DNA of 58,933 nucleotides from Streptosporangiaceae bacterium (GTDB lineage: Bacteria; Actinomycetota; Actinomycetes; Streptosporangiales; Streptosporangiaceae), in the NCBI GenBank assembly GCA_035570295.1, contig DATMMA010000109.1, positions 1 to 58,933 of the forward strand. Reading direction: 5' to 3'. A program made the translations under genes and the position numbers. Below are positions 29,518-38,312 of this stretch, piece by piece (the stretch's first letter is position 1; every line of letters starts with the position of its first letter). The notes beneath the pieces are model-generated. The model saw nothing but the letters and a program-made list of their open reading frames with translations, ran no database searches and was not told the origin of the DNA.

Positions 29518-30186
29518 CTAGCGCACGACGCCCGTCAGCCCGAGAATGCCATCCAGCGTCAGCAGCACGCCGGCGACGCCGAGCCCCGCGACGGCGAGCA
29601 CGTGGCCGTGCGTCCGCAGCCATCTGTCGCAGGAGCGCAGCAACCAGGCGGTCCGGTCGGGTGCGAGCAGGTACAGAACGAAGGGCAGCCAGGCGAACAT
29701 CACTGTGATCGCGATGACCACTGCGATTCCCAGGACGCTGGCGGCAATGCTCGCCTTGGACGTGGCTACCACCTGGACCGCCGCGATAAACGTCAGGGAG
29801 GGCGCATACACCAGGAGACCGACGATGAACGCCGCCCACGGGTGCGGCCTGGCCATCAGCCTGGAGATGATTCGCTTGTCCCGCTTCGCCGGGTCGGGCG
29901 GCTTAGGCTTCCGCCGGCGCAGGTACGCGGCGGCCACCATCATCGTGGCGCCCAGGCCGAGCCGAAGGCCGTACCTCGGCTGATACTCACGCGATCTTTG
30001 CAGGTGCCCGGCTCGTAGCGCGACGAAGACGACGGCCGCGAAGATCACCGTCATCACGACGGCGCCGGCCAGGTAGATCAGCACGGTCCGGTGCGGGCGA
30101 GCCGAGCCCAGAAACACTGCGGAGACCAGCACCGCGGTCGGGGACAGGGCGGCCAGCACGGCCAAGCCGGCTGCCTCAGTAAGCAT
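29518..30186 (-). CDS. Polytopic membrane protein, possibly GAP/Sap (sulfolipid-addressing-like) family
   Basis: 222 aa, about 6 TM segments, with a central basic loop (RRRKPKPPDPAKRDKR). The family assignment is from memory of similar architectures only. Confidence 0.45.
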   Translation of the reverse strand: MLTEAAGLAVLAALSPTAVLVSAVFLGSARPHRTVLIYLAGAVVMTVIFAAVVFVALRAGHLQRSREYQPRYGLRLGLGATMMVAAAYLRRRKPKPPDPAKRDKRIISRLMARPHPWAAFIVGLLVYAPSLTFIAAVQVVATSKASIAASVLGIAVVIAITVMFAWLPFVLYLLAPDRTAWLLRSCDRWLRTHGHVLAVAGLGVAGVLLTLDGILGLTGVVR

Positions 30187-30396
30187 CGCGGCTGCGCGTC
30201 ACAGACAGCCAAGCCGGCTGAAACCGTCATACAGCTAGCCTTCCCGTCGCAGCGACTGGCGTCTCACCCGCCACGGGTGAACCGGCTTCACGCTGTGGCG
30301 CGGTTGCATGAGGCTAGCTGCCGGGTATCACCGGCCAGCAGCCGAAGCTACCCGGCCGACGACTATGGCTGTGCAGACGAGGGGACTGGGCAGGCG

Positions 30397-31368
30397 ATGA
30401 GCGGCAGCGAGGCAGCGACCACCGGTGCGCTCCGTCAGGTGCCGACGGCAGGGATGACGTGGATACCGGGCGGCCAGTTCCGGATGGGGTCGGCTGACTT
30501 CTATCCGGAAGAGCAACCGGTGCGCACGGTTGCCGTCGACGGGTTCTGGATCGATACCCGGCCGGTCACTGTTGCTGAGTTCCGCCGGTTCGTCAAGCAG
30601 ACCGGTTACGTGACGCTGGCCGAGCAAACGCCCGATCCTGCCCGCTATCCCGGTGCCGACCCGAATCTGCTGGTCGCCGGCTCGCTGGTCTTCCACAAAA
30701 CGCCGGGCCCGGTCGACTTGCGGGAGCTTGGCAACTGGTGGGATTACGCGCCTGGTGCGTGCTGGCGTCTCCCGGAGGGGCTGGCCAGCAATGCGAGCAG
30801 GCGCGATAAGCACCCAGTGACGCACGTCGCGTACCCGGACGCGCAGGCCTATGCCGGCTGGGCGGGCAAGGAACTGCCGACGGAGGCTGAGTGGGAGTAC
30901 GCCGCACGCGGGGGCCTCGACGGCGCCGTTTACGTCTGGGGCGATGACTTCACGCCGGGCGGGCAGCTTCTCGCCAACACCTGGCGTGGCGAGTTCCCCT
31001 GGCAGAACCTCGCTTTGGACGGGTATGAGGGCACCTCGCCCGTCGCCAGCTTCCCCGCGAATGGCTACGGGCTCTATGACATGACCGGGAACGTCTGGGA
31101 ATGGACCTCGGATTACTTCCAGCTAGGACACCGGCCTGACGAGGGTCCCGACTGGCCCAGCTGTGTGCCGCACCACCCGCGGCTGACCGCCGGTGATACA
31201 GGTGCGTTCCCGCCCGTCGACATCCCCCGCCGGGTTATCAAGGGCGGCTCGTACCTGTGCGCGCCCAGTTACTGCCTGCGGTACCGGCCGGCCGCGCGGC
31301 ACGGCGAGACGGCCGGCACCTCGACCGGTCACCTCGGGTTCCGGTGCGTGCTGAGACCTACGTTCTAG
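30397..31368 (+). CDS. Formylglycine-generating enzyme family protein (SUMF1/FGE-sulfatase domain)
   Basis: MTWIPGGQFRMGS, HPVTHVAYPDAQAYAGWAGKELPTEAEWEYAARGG, YDMTGNVWEWTSD, and KGGSYLCAPSYCLRYRPAAR with the Cys pair. ATG at 30397. Confidence 0.9.
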   Translation: MSGSEAATTGALRQVPTAGMTWIPGGQFRMGSADFYPEEQPVRTVAVDGFWIDTRPVTVAEFRRFVKQTGYVTLAEQTPDPARYPGADPNLLVAGSLVFHKTPGPVDLRELGNWWDYAPGACWRLPEGLASNASRRDKHPVTHVAYPDAQAYAGWAGKELPTEAEWEYAARGGLDGAVYVWGDDFTPGGQLLANTWRGEFPWQNLALDGYEGTSPVASFPANGYGLYDMTGNVWEWTSDYFQLGHRPDEGPDWPSCVPHHPRLTAGDTGAFPPVDIPRRVIKGGSYLCAPSYCLRYRPAARHGETAGTSTGHLGFRCVLRPTF

Positions 31369-31964
31369 GCTCCGTCCGAGCCGGCCGGACTACCTGTGCC
31401 AGCTTGCTCAGGGCCGGCCTGCCCAGTGCCAGTTTGCCCGGTTCCCTGCGATGGCCCGTGCAGCTGGCCCCGCGCACGGGTCCGGAAGAAACCGGTGATC
31501 AGGCTCACGGCCGTGCCGAGGAACACCAGGTTGAACACAATCTGCACGGTCACCGCCGCGCGTGCCAGCTGGCCGACCGGGTGCACGTCGCCGAAGCCCA
31601 CCGTCGCCAGCGTGCTGACGTTGAAATACAACGAGTCGGTTTTGGTGCGCAGCAGCGTGAATTGACCTGGCAGCCTGGCGAGAGACTCATCAGACCAGGA
31701 GAAGAACAGGATGGTCAGCGTCAGCAATAGGATCAGGCCGCGGATCCTGGCGTCCTCACCGGCCCGCAGCAGCCTTAGGACAGCCGCCAGGATGAGCGCG
31801 CCAAGCACCGCAGCTCCGAGGAAGAACATCACCGCCCAGGAGGTCTCGCGCATCGCGCCGGGCACCGGGAGCACGTAGTAGACGACGGTCGCGGCGGCTA
31901 TCAGGGCGACAGTGCCGGCCGCCGACCGCGAGTGTGATTGCGGACCGCTCACTGAACCGGGCAC
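31365..31964 (-). CDS. Potassium channel family protein
   Basis: Pore helix plus selectivity filter TLATVGFGDV flanked by TM helices. Its stop shares the palindrome CTAG with the convergent FGE stop. Confidence 0.8.
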   Translation of the reverse strand: MPGSVSGPQSHSRSAAGTVALIAAATVVYYVLPVPGAMRETSWAVMFFLGAAVLGALILAAVLRLLRAGEDARIRGLILLLTLTILFFSWSDESLARLPGQFTLLRTKTDSLYFNVSTLATVGFGDVHPVGQLARAAVTVQIVFNLVFLGTAVSLITGFFRTRARGQLHGPSQGTGQTGTGQAGPEQAGTGSPAGSDGA

Positions 31965-32021
31965 CCCCTGCGCCGCCGCTCCGATGTGCCAGCGTCTGCC
32001 GATTCTGGCACGACTGCGCCG

Positions 32022-32537
32022 TTAGTCAGCTGACAGACCGGAGCCGAGTTTCGTGATGATCTCGGTGACAACCTGGCCTGGCGGCGCGTCACCGGTCGGT
32101 ATCGAGTACACCCTGGGCTCGTCGGGCTCGGGCGGCTCGAGCGCGGCGAACTGACTGGCCAGCAGCGGTTCGTGAAAGAAGTGGCCTTTCCGGGCGTGCA
32201 GCCTGGCTTGATCCTGCGCCTGAGTAATGGCGAGAAACACCATTACCGCTTGCTCGCGGTGGCCGACCAGGTCGTCCCGGTATTTCCGCTTGAGTGCGGA
32301 GCAGGCGAGCACGGCCGACTGGCCACTGGCGATGATGTCATCCATCCAGGCGTCGATGGCCGCCAGCCAGGGCTTCCTGTCGTCGTCGGTCAGCGGCATC
32401 CCGGCTCTCATCTTCGCTACATTCGCTGCCGGGTGGAACCTATCGGCATCGGCGAATTGCCAGCCCAGCCGTCTGGCCAGCAACTGGCCGACAGTGGTCT
32501 TGCCGCTTCCGGCAACGCCGGCCACTACCACGATCAT
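32022..32537 (-). CDS. gntK: Gluconokinase
   Basis: MIVVVAGVAGSGKTTVG P-loop, DADRFHP, and LACSALKRKYRD. ATG at 32537. The upstream part of the ORF-track call is not kinase-like. Confidence 0.85.
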   Translation of the reverse strand: MIVVVAGVAGSGKTTVGQLLARRLGWQFADADRFHPAANVAKMRAGMPLTDDDRKPWLAAIDAWMDDIIASGQSAVLACSALKRKYRDDLVGHREQAVMVFLAITQAQDQARLHARKGHFFHEPLLASQFAALEPPEPDEPRVYSIPTGDAPPGQVVTEIITKLGSGLSAD

Positions 32538-32595
32538 CGGACGCGAGCCTAACGTGCGACCCTTTTCCTTAGACAAGTGACTCGGAAGGAGCAGC

Positions 32596-33978
32596 ATGGT
32601 GTCGCCCCGCCAAGTTGATGCCCTGGTTATCTTCGGTGCGACCGGGGACCTGGCCAAGCTGGAAACCTTCCCTGCCCTCGTCGGTCTGGTCGAGCGCGGC
32701 GTTCTCAATGTCCCGGTTGTCGGGGTAGCGATGAGCGGCTGGGGGCTGAACCAGTTCCGCGACTATGCGACGGCGTCGCTGAAGCTGAACAATATTGACC
32801 CGGCCAGCCCGGCAGCCACCCGGATGCTGAGCCTGCTTCGCTACGTCGACGGGGACCTCGATGATCCGGCCACCTATCAGGCGATGTCAGCTGCGATGGG
32901 TGACGGCCAGAACGCGCTCTTTTACCTTGAGGTGCCACCATCGCTGTTCGGCCGGATTGCCGAGGGAATCGCCGCCGCGGGCCGCGCTGGCAATGCGCGG
33001 GTCATGGTGGAGAAGCCGTTCGGTACCGACCTTGCTAGCGCGATCGCGCTCAACGCAACGATGCACAAGTACTTCCCGGAGGAGTCCATTTACCGGGTCG
33101 ACCACTGGCTCGGGCTCGAGCCGGTAGAGAACCTGCTGTTCGTCCGGTTCGCGAATTCGATTGTGGAGCCGCTGCTCAACCGCGCCCACGTGGCCAGCAT
33201 CCAGATCACCATGGCGGAGGGGTTCGACGTCGCCGCTCGCGGCAGCTTCTATGACAAAACCGGCGCGATCCGGGATGTGCTGCAGAACCACATGCTCCAG
33301 GTACTGGCAACCGTGCTAGCGGACCCGCCCGATGGCAACGGCCTGGCTTCCTGGCGCGACGTCAAATCGCAGATCATCGGAGCGCTAGAGCCGCTGAGCC
33401 CGCAAATGACCGTCCGCGGCCAGTACGACGGCTACCTCGATGTCAAGGGCGTCGCGCCGGGCAGCACTACCGAGACCTACGCGGCCGTCCGGCTGAGCGC
33501 GCAGTCCTGGCACTGGGCCGACGTTCCGATCCTGATCAGGGTCGGCAAGTGCCTGCCGGTGACCGCCACTGAGGTGGTGTTCAGGTTCCGCCGGCCGCCG
33601 CACGACGTGTTCAGCATCGGTGCTGCCGGGGGGGCTAACCAGTTGCGGGTGCGCATCTTCCCTGACGACCAGGCCGGCGTCACGTTGATCGGCAAACGGC
33701 CTGGTCCCGACCTTGCCCCGCAACTCCGCGAGCTTGCCTACTGCGGTGAAGCCGCAGAGCAGACGATCCGGCCGTATGACCGGTTGATCGGAGCGGCGCT
33801 CAGCGGTGAGCGGTACCTGTTCGCCCGGCAGGACACCGTCGAGGCCGCCTGGCGGGTAGTCCAGCCGGTCCTCGGTGACGTGGTGCCCGTGCAGCCCTAC
33901 GCCCGCGGGAGCTGGGGGCCGGCGCAGGCGGCCGCGCTGGTAACTGATGGCGATACCTGGCACGATCCGGCCGCCTAG
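32596..33978 (+). CDS. zwf: Glucose-6-phosphate dehydrogenase family protein (divergent signature)
   Basis: GATGDLAK dinucleotide motif, VEKPFG, RDVLQNHMLQ. The nonapeptide reads RVDHWLGLE instead of RIDHYLGKE. Confidence 0.8.
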   Translation: MVSPRQVDALVIFGATGDLAKLETFPALVGLVERGVLNVPVVGVAMSGWGLNQFRDYATASLKLNNIDPASPAATRMLSLLRYVDGDLDDPATYQAMSAAMGDGQNALFYLEVPPSLFGRIAEGIAAAGRAGNARVMVEKPFGTDLASAIALNATMHKYFPEESIYRVDHWLGLEPVENLLFVRFANSIVEPLLNRAHVASIQITMAEGFDVAARGSFYDKTGAIRDVLQNHMLQVLATVLADPPDGNGLASWRDVKSQIIGALEPLSPQMTVRGQYDGYLDVKGVAPGSTTETYAAVRLSAQSWHWADVPILIRVGKCLPVTATEVVFRFRRPPHDVFSIGAAGGANQLRVRIFPDDQAGVTLIGKRPGPDLAPQLRELAYCGEAAEQTIRPYDRLIGAALSGERYLFARQDTVEAAWRVVQPVLGDVVPVQPYARGSWGPAQAAALVTDGDTWHDPAA

Positions 33979-34031
33979 ACCGCCGTGCCGCAACGGCTGC
34001 TAACAGCGCCACGGGCGCGGGGGCTGATGCC

Positions 34032-34421
34032 ATGACGAACGCCGGGCACGAGCCCGAGCCTGCACCTGCCGGACCGCCGGCCGAGACCGAGCCGGATCCG
34101 CGCTTCACGCTGGCGAATGAGCGGACCTTCCTGGCCTGGAACCGGACCGCGCTGGCGCTGATCGCCGCTGGCCTCGCCATCGTGCAGCTGCTGCCGCCGT
34201 TTCCTGGCGTGCCGTTTGGCCGCCACATCGTCGGCATCCCGCTGATCGTGCTCGGAGCCGTGATCGCGGCGGCCGCTTACTGGGAGCTGAAGCGGAACCA
34301 GACCGCGATGCGACGTGGTGAGCCGCTGCCGCGGTCCGTCGTGCCGCGCCTGCTGTCAGCCACGATCGTCGGCGTGGCGGCGCTGGCAGCGGTTGTCGTG
34401 CTGCTATCGGTGACCCGGTAG
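34032..34421 (+). CDS. DUF202 (YidH-like) membrane protein
   Basis: LANERTFLAWNRTALALIAAG motif plus 3 TM segments. Confidence 0.7.
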   Translation: MTNAGHEPEPAPAGPPAETEPDPRFTLANERTFLAWNRTALALIAAGLAIVQLLPPFPGVPFGRHIVGIPLIVLGAVIAAAAYWELKRNQTAMRRGEPLPRSVVPRLLSATIVGVAALAAVVVLLSVTR

Positions 34422-34447
34422 ACGAGGCCCAGCATGAGTGTCACACA

Positions 34448-34759
34448 GTGAAACCGGAGCCAGACGACCCGGGCCTCGTCGATCCGGCCGACCGGACCCG
34501 GCTTGCCTGGAACCGGACGGCAATCGCGTTCGCGGCAATCGGCGCGGCCATGCTGAAGTCGAGCCCGGTTGCCGGCGTCGTCGTGCTGGTGCTGACCATG
34601 CCGATCTGGGCCGCCGCCCGCAGCACAGACGCCATCTCGCCGGCTCGCAGGCTCCGCCTGGTAACAGCCACTGTCCTGCTCGTGGCGACGGCAGCACTGG
34701 TCGTCGCATTCCTCGGGCACAGCCCGAGCACGCTCTCCGAGCTGCTGCATGGTCGCTGA
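34448..34759 (+). CDS. DUF202-like membrane protein (second copy)
   Basis: DRTRLAWNRTAIAFAAIGAAML motif. GTG start at 34448. Tandem to the first DUF202 gene. Confidence 0.65.
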   Translation: MKPEPDDPGLVDPADRTRLAWNRTAIAFAAIGAAMLKSSPVAGVVVLVLTMPIWAAARSTDAISPARRLRLVTATVLLVATAALVVAFLGHSPSTLSELLHGR

Positions 34760-35351
34760 TCGACCGCGGCTGCCGCCAGGTGGCGCCTCACCGCGGGCCA
34801 GGCTGCGCTGGCTGCTGATCGTGTTGGCCGTCATGGTGCTGCTGACCGCGGGCTGGCCGCTGCTCAACGCTGTTGTCCCTGACAACCAGAAGCTCGCGGC
34901 GGGCGCCTCGCTCCGGCTCGGGCCGAGCGGGCCGAACTCGGCCAGCGTCAGGATCGGGTCGGGCTGGACCCTCCGGCCAGCAGAGAGCGACCCGCGCCAG
35001 GGCTATCTGCTGCGCCGCGGCGCCGTCACCGTCTCGATCGGCTACGTATCACTGGCCGGCGTCGAGCAGGCAGCCGGGATCTGGAGCGGGTTGCGGCAGG
35101 TCCTCCGGGTCACCAATCCCGGCCTCCGGCTCGGTAAGCCGTCAGCCGTCACCAACAAGCAAGGCCGGCCGGGCCTGAGTGCTACCGCCACCGGCGCACG
35201 CGCCTACGGCCATGTGACCGATATTGCCGGACCGTCCGGCACCTACGCGATTCGGATAGTTGTGCTCGCCCCTCGTCACGCCAGACCGCTGACGGCGGCC
35301 ACCTCACTCCAGCTCATCCGCTCGCTGCGGTTCCCGGCGGCCTCGCGGTGA
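34749..35351 (+). CDS. Hypothetical protein with an N-terminal TM anchor
   Basis: RLRWLLIVLAVMVLLTAGWPLL is a TM segment, followed by a roughly 150-aa soluble domain. It overlaps both flanking genes (11 nt upstream; GTGA downstream). I recognise no motif. Confidence 0.5.
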   Translation: MVADRPRLPPGGASPRARLRWLLIVLAVMVLLTAGWPLLNAVVPDNQKLAAGASLRLGPSGPNSASVRIGSGWTLRPAESDPRQGYLLRRGAVTVSIGYVSLAGVEQAAGIWSGLRQVLRVTNPGLRLGKPSAVTNKQGRPGLSATATGARAYGHVTDIAGPSGTYAIRIVVLAPRHARPLTAATSLQLIRSLRFPAASR

Positions 35352-36436
35352 GCTTCCGCGGCAGTATCCGGGCGGTACGCATCAGCGCCGCGCTGCTCTG
35401 CATCTTCGGTGCCGGAGTGCTGATCTGGGAATTCGTCCGCTTCCTGGTGGTGTTCCCGCACGCCGGTGCGCTGGCCGCGGTGCTAGAGCTGCCGCTGGTC
35501 CTGATCGGCTTCGCCCTGCTGCGTCGGCTGCGGCCGACCCGTGCCCCCGCCCTCCTCTGGGCGGCTGCCGCACTGGTGTGGGGCGCTACCGCCGCGGCCG
35601 GGTGCGCCCTGCTGGCTAACCAGGGCCTCACCGGTCTGTGGGCCAAGAGCGAGGGGGTCACCTTCGCATCGGACTGGTCGGCCTCGCTGTCAGCGCCGCT
35701 GAACGAGGAACTGCTCAAGCTGTGCGGTGTCGTAATGGTCGGGCTTGCCGCGCCGCTAGCGATTAACGGGCCGCTGGACGGATTGGTCTACGGCGCGCTC
35801 ACCGGGCTCGGCTTCCAGGCGGTAGAAAACGTCACCTACGGACTCAATGCCATTGTCATGTCGGGCGGCACAGACCCGGGCCGCGCTGTGCTGAACTCCG
35901 CGCTGCTGCGGGTAGGCACGGCCGGCCTCGGCTCACACTGGACGATGACGGCAGTAGCGGGCGCCGGGGCCGGATACCTGATCCTGCACACCAGACGCAG
36001 GCGGCTGATCCGCGACGCCGCCCGCGGCGGTTACCCGGGCCGTCAACCCGCCGACGCTGGTGCGGGCCGACCGGGCCGACCGGGCCGACCAGGCCACGGG
36101 CCGCTGCTCGCCGCGGCAGCCTGCCTCGTCGCCGCTGTAGGGATGCACCTGTTGTTCGATGCCCCCGCAGTCGCGATCGAGCTCAAAGTCGCGGTGAACT
36201 TCGCCCTGGTCGCCATTCTCTACCTGCTGCTCAGCAGTGCGTTCCTGCACCGCGCCCGCGAGCTGCTGTCCACCGCGGCCGCTGCCGGCCTGCTCAGCAC
36301 CACGGAGGCTGGGTCTGTCCTGAGCCGTCGCCGCCGGCGGCAGGAGCTGCGCCGGATTGACCCGCCCGCGGAACGTGACAATCTCCGGAAAAGGCAGCAG
36401 GACATCCTTACAGAACTCGACGCCGAAGCTGCTTAA
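35348..36436 (+). CDS. PrsW-family intramembrane glutamic protease
   Basis: Multi-TM protein with NEELLKL (EExxK), GLGFQAVEN (FxxxE) and a downstream HWTMT His motif. Has a C-terminal basic cytoplasmic tail. Confidence 0.7.
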   Translation: MSFRGSIRAVRISAALLCIFGAGVLIWEFVRFLVVFPHAGALAAVLELPLVLIGFALLRRLRPTRAPALLWAAAALVWGATAAAGCALLANQGLTGLWAKSEGVTFASDWSASLSAPLNEELLKLCGVVMVGLAAPLAINGPLDGLVYGALTGLGFQAVENVTYGLNAIVMSGGTDPGRAVLNSALLRVGTAGLGSHWTMTAVAGAGAGYLILHTRRRRLIRDAARGGYPGRQPADAGAGRPGRPGRPGHGPLLAAAACLVAAVGMHLLFDAPAVAIELKVAVNFALVAILYLLLSSAFLHRARELLSTAAAAGLLSTTEAGSVLSRRRRRQELRRIDPPAERDNLRKRQQDILTELDAEAA

Positions 36437-36614
36437 AGCCGAACTGAAACTGAGTCGCGGCATAAACTGGCGCCTGACTGGGCATGCTGCGGCCGCTGAC
36501 TTACCTCCTGCCCGGCCGCGACAGCCGGGACGGCGGCGTCATGAGGTCTTCATGTTCCGTGGGTAGACCTGACGCCGGACACGCCCCGGCGGCATTAGGC
36601 GCCCCGGTGGCAAG

Positions 36615-37130
36615 ATGAATCGCGATTGGGGTCGCCGAGTGCCGAGATCGATGACGCCAGGCTGGGATGGCTCGGATGACTGGGACGGCTGGGACAGCAC
36701 GCCTGCCGGTAGCCCCCCGTCAGGCAGCAGCTATCCGCCGGCCGGGGCGCATCGGGGCCGCGGAGGCGACATGAATCCCGGCAGTGGTCGCCGAGTGCCG
36801 AGGTCGATGCCGCCAGGCTCGGACCGCGGGCGTACCGACGGTGGCTACCCGTCCGGCGGGAGCCTGCCGCCGGACGAAAGCTACCTGCCGGACGATAGCT
36901 ACCGGTCAGGCAGTAGCTATCCGCCGGCCGGGGCGCATCGGGGCCGCGGAGGCGACATGAATCCCGGCAGTGGTCGCGGTGTGTCGAGGTCGATGACGTC
37001 AGGCTCGGACCGCGGGCGTACCGATGGTGGCTACCCGTCCGGCGCGAGCCTGCCGCCGGACGAAAGCTACTGGTCGGACGATAGCTCCCGGTCTGGCAGT
37101 GGGTCAGGCAGCAGCTATCCGCCGAGCGGG
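36615..37130 (+). repeat. In-frame tandem repeat, 186-bp (62-aa) unit, about 2.7 copies
   Basis: GGCAGCAGCTATCCGCCGGCCGGGGCGCATCGGGGCCGCGGAGGCGACATGAATCCCGGCAGTGGTCGC at 36723 recurs nearly identically at 36909 (an offset of 186 bp). A third partial unit starts near 37107. The ORF start itself resembles the middle of the unit (MNRDWGRRVPRSM versus DMNPGSGRRVPRSM). Confidence 0.9.
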
Positions 37131-38312
37131 GGGCACCGGCGAAAGCGCCGGCCGGATAGGCCACCGCGCCGCCGGAACTGGGCTCCGCACATGCCGCGTT
37201 ACCTGTGGTCGCGCGTGCTGACGGCGGCGATCGTCGTCATCCTGATCCCGACCGGCTGGTCCGTGGGGCATGCGCTGACCATGCCAGGCGGCGGAACGTT
37301 CTCCGCTCGGATGGCCGAGTGGGCTCGCGACCACTACCTCGGGGCGGTTGTTACGTTCGGTGAATGGATCAGTTACCAGCCACCTAAGGTCGGCGGCAAG
37401 CCGTCGTTCGCGCTCACCGGCCCGAGCGTGGCTGCAGCGAAGGCCGCCCGCAAGGACAGTCACGGCAAGCCCGCGGCCGCCGTGGCGACCTGCCCGGCGA
37501 ATCTGAGGACATTCGCCGGCAAGCCGCTGCCGGGAGAGGGCGTCTGGCGCGTGCTCGGCACCGTGAACGGTGAACCCGCGATCTGCGGCACAGACCTCCG
37601 GTTCAGCAACGTCTACACCTCCTACGTGGCCGGCATCGCGTCGATGAACCAGAGCTTGCTGAAGTTCGAGCTGCGGCCCGGAACCCTGGATCCCGGCCCT
37701 GGCAACTGGAAGGCGGCGGACTACGTCCCGGCCGGGACCCGCCGCGGGCTGATGGCAACTTTCAACAGCGGCTTCAGGCTCAACGTTTCCGGCGGCGGCT
37801 TCTACCTCAACGGGGAGACGGACGGAACGCTGACAAGAGGGGTAGCCAGTGAGGTTTACTACCGCGACGGGCACATCGCGATCGGAGTCTGGGGCCGGAC
37901 GGTCCACATGACTCCGGACGTCGTCGGCGTCCGGCAGAACTTGCACCTGATCGTCATTAACGGCCAGGTGCCGAACTCGGTCGACAACAACGTCACGACC
38001 GCATGGGGTGCCACGCTGGGCGGCGGCTACAACGTCTGGCGGTCCGGCATCGGCATCACTAAGGACGGCCGCGTGATCTGGGTCTACGGTCCCGCGCTCA
38101 ATGTGCGGCAGCTGGCCTCGCTGCTGCGGCGAGCGGGCGCCATCACTGCCATGCAACTTGACATCAACCCGGCCTGGATGTCGTACGAGTACTACCTGCA
38201 CAGCCAGCGGGCCAACCCCAAGCCTGTCAACTTGCTGCCCAACCAGCAGGAGCCGGCCGACCGCTATTACTTCCCCAACAGCCGCGACTTCACCGCGGTC
38301 TACGCCAGATGA
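36615..38312 (+). CDS. Phosphodiester glycosidase (NAGPA/DUF2233-like) family protein, type-II membrane topology, with a repetitive N-terminal cytoplasmic region
   Basis: About 190-aa repeat region, one TM (VLTAAIVVILIPTGW), then ATFNSGFRL, GGFYLNGE, WRSGIGITKDGRVIWV and AMQLDINPAW, as in phosphodiester glycosidase family proteins. Confidence 0.7.
   Translation: MNRDWGRRVPRSMTPGWDGSDDWDGWDSTPAGSPPSGSSYPPAGAHRGRGGDMNPGSGRRVPRSMPPGSDRGRTDGGYPSGGSLPPDESYLPDDSYRSGSSYPPAGAHRGRGGDMNPGSGRGVSRSMTSGSDRGRTDGGYPSGASLPPDESYWSDDSSRSGSGSGSSYPPSGGHRRKRRPDRPPRRRNWAPHMPRYLWSRVLTAAIVVILIPTGWSVGHALTMPGGGTFSARMAEWARDHYLGAVVTFGEWISYQPPKVGGKPSFALTGPSVAAAKAARKDSHGKPAAAVATCPANLRTFAGKPLPGEGVWRVLGTVNGEPAICGTDLRFSNVYTSYVAGIASMNQSLLKFELRPGTLDPGPGNWKAADYVPAGTRRGLMATFNSGFRLNVSGGGFYLNGETDGTLTRGVASEVYYRDGHIAIGVWGRTVHMTPDVVGVRQNLHLIVINGQVPNSVDNNVTTAWGATLGGGYNVWRSGIGITKDGRVIWVYGPALNVRQLASLLRRAGAITAMQLDINPAWMSYEYYLHSQRANPKPVNLLPNQQEPADRYYFPNSRDFTAVYAR

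Noticed and set aside
36595-37164. A 189-aa minus-strand ORF across the 186-bp repeat region
   Set aside because: It is the antisense translation of the tandem repeat, so its own repetitiveness mirrors the plus-strand repeat. It has no start context and no downstream continuity, and the plus frame continues into a recognisable enzyme domain.
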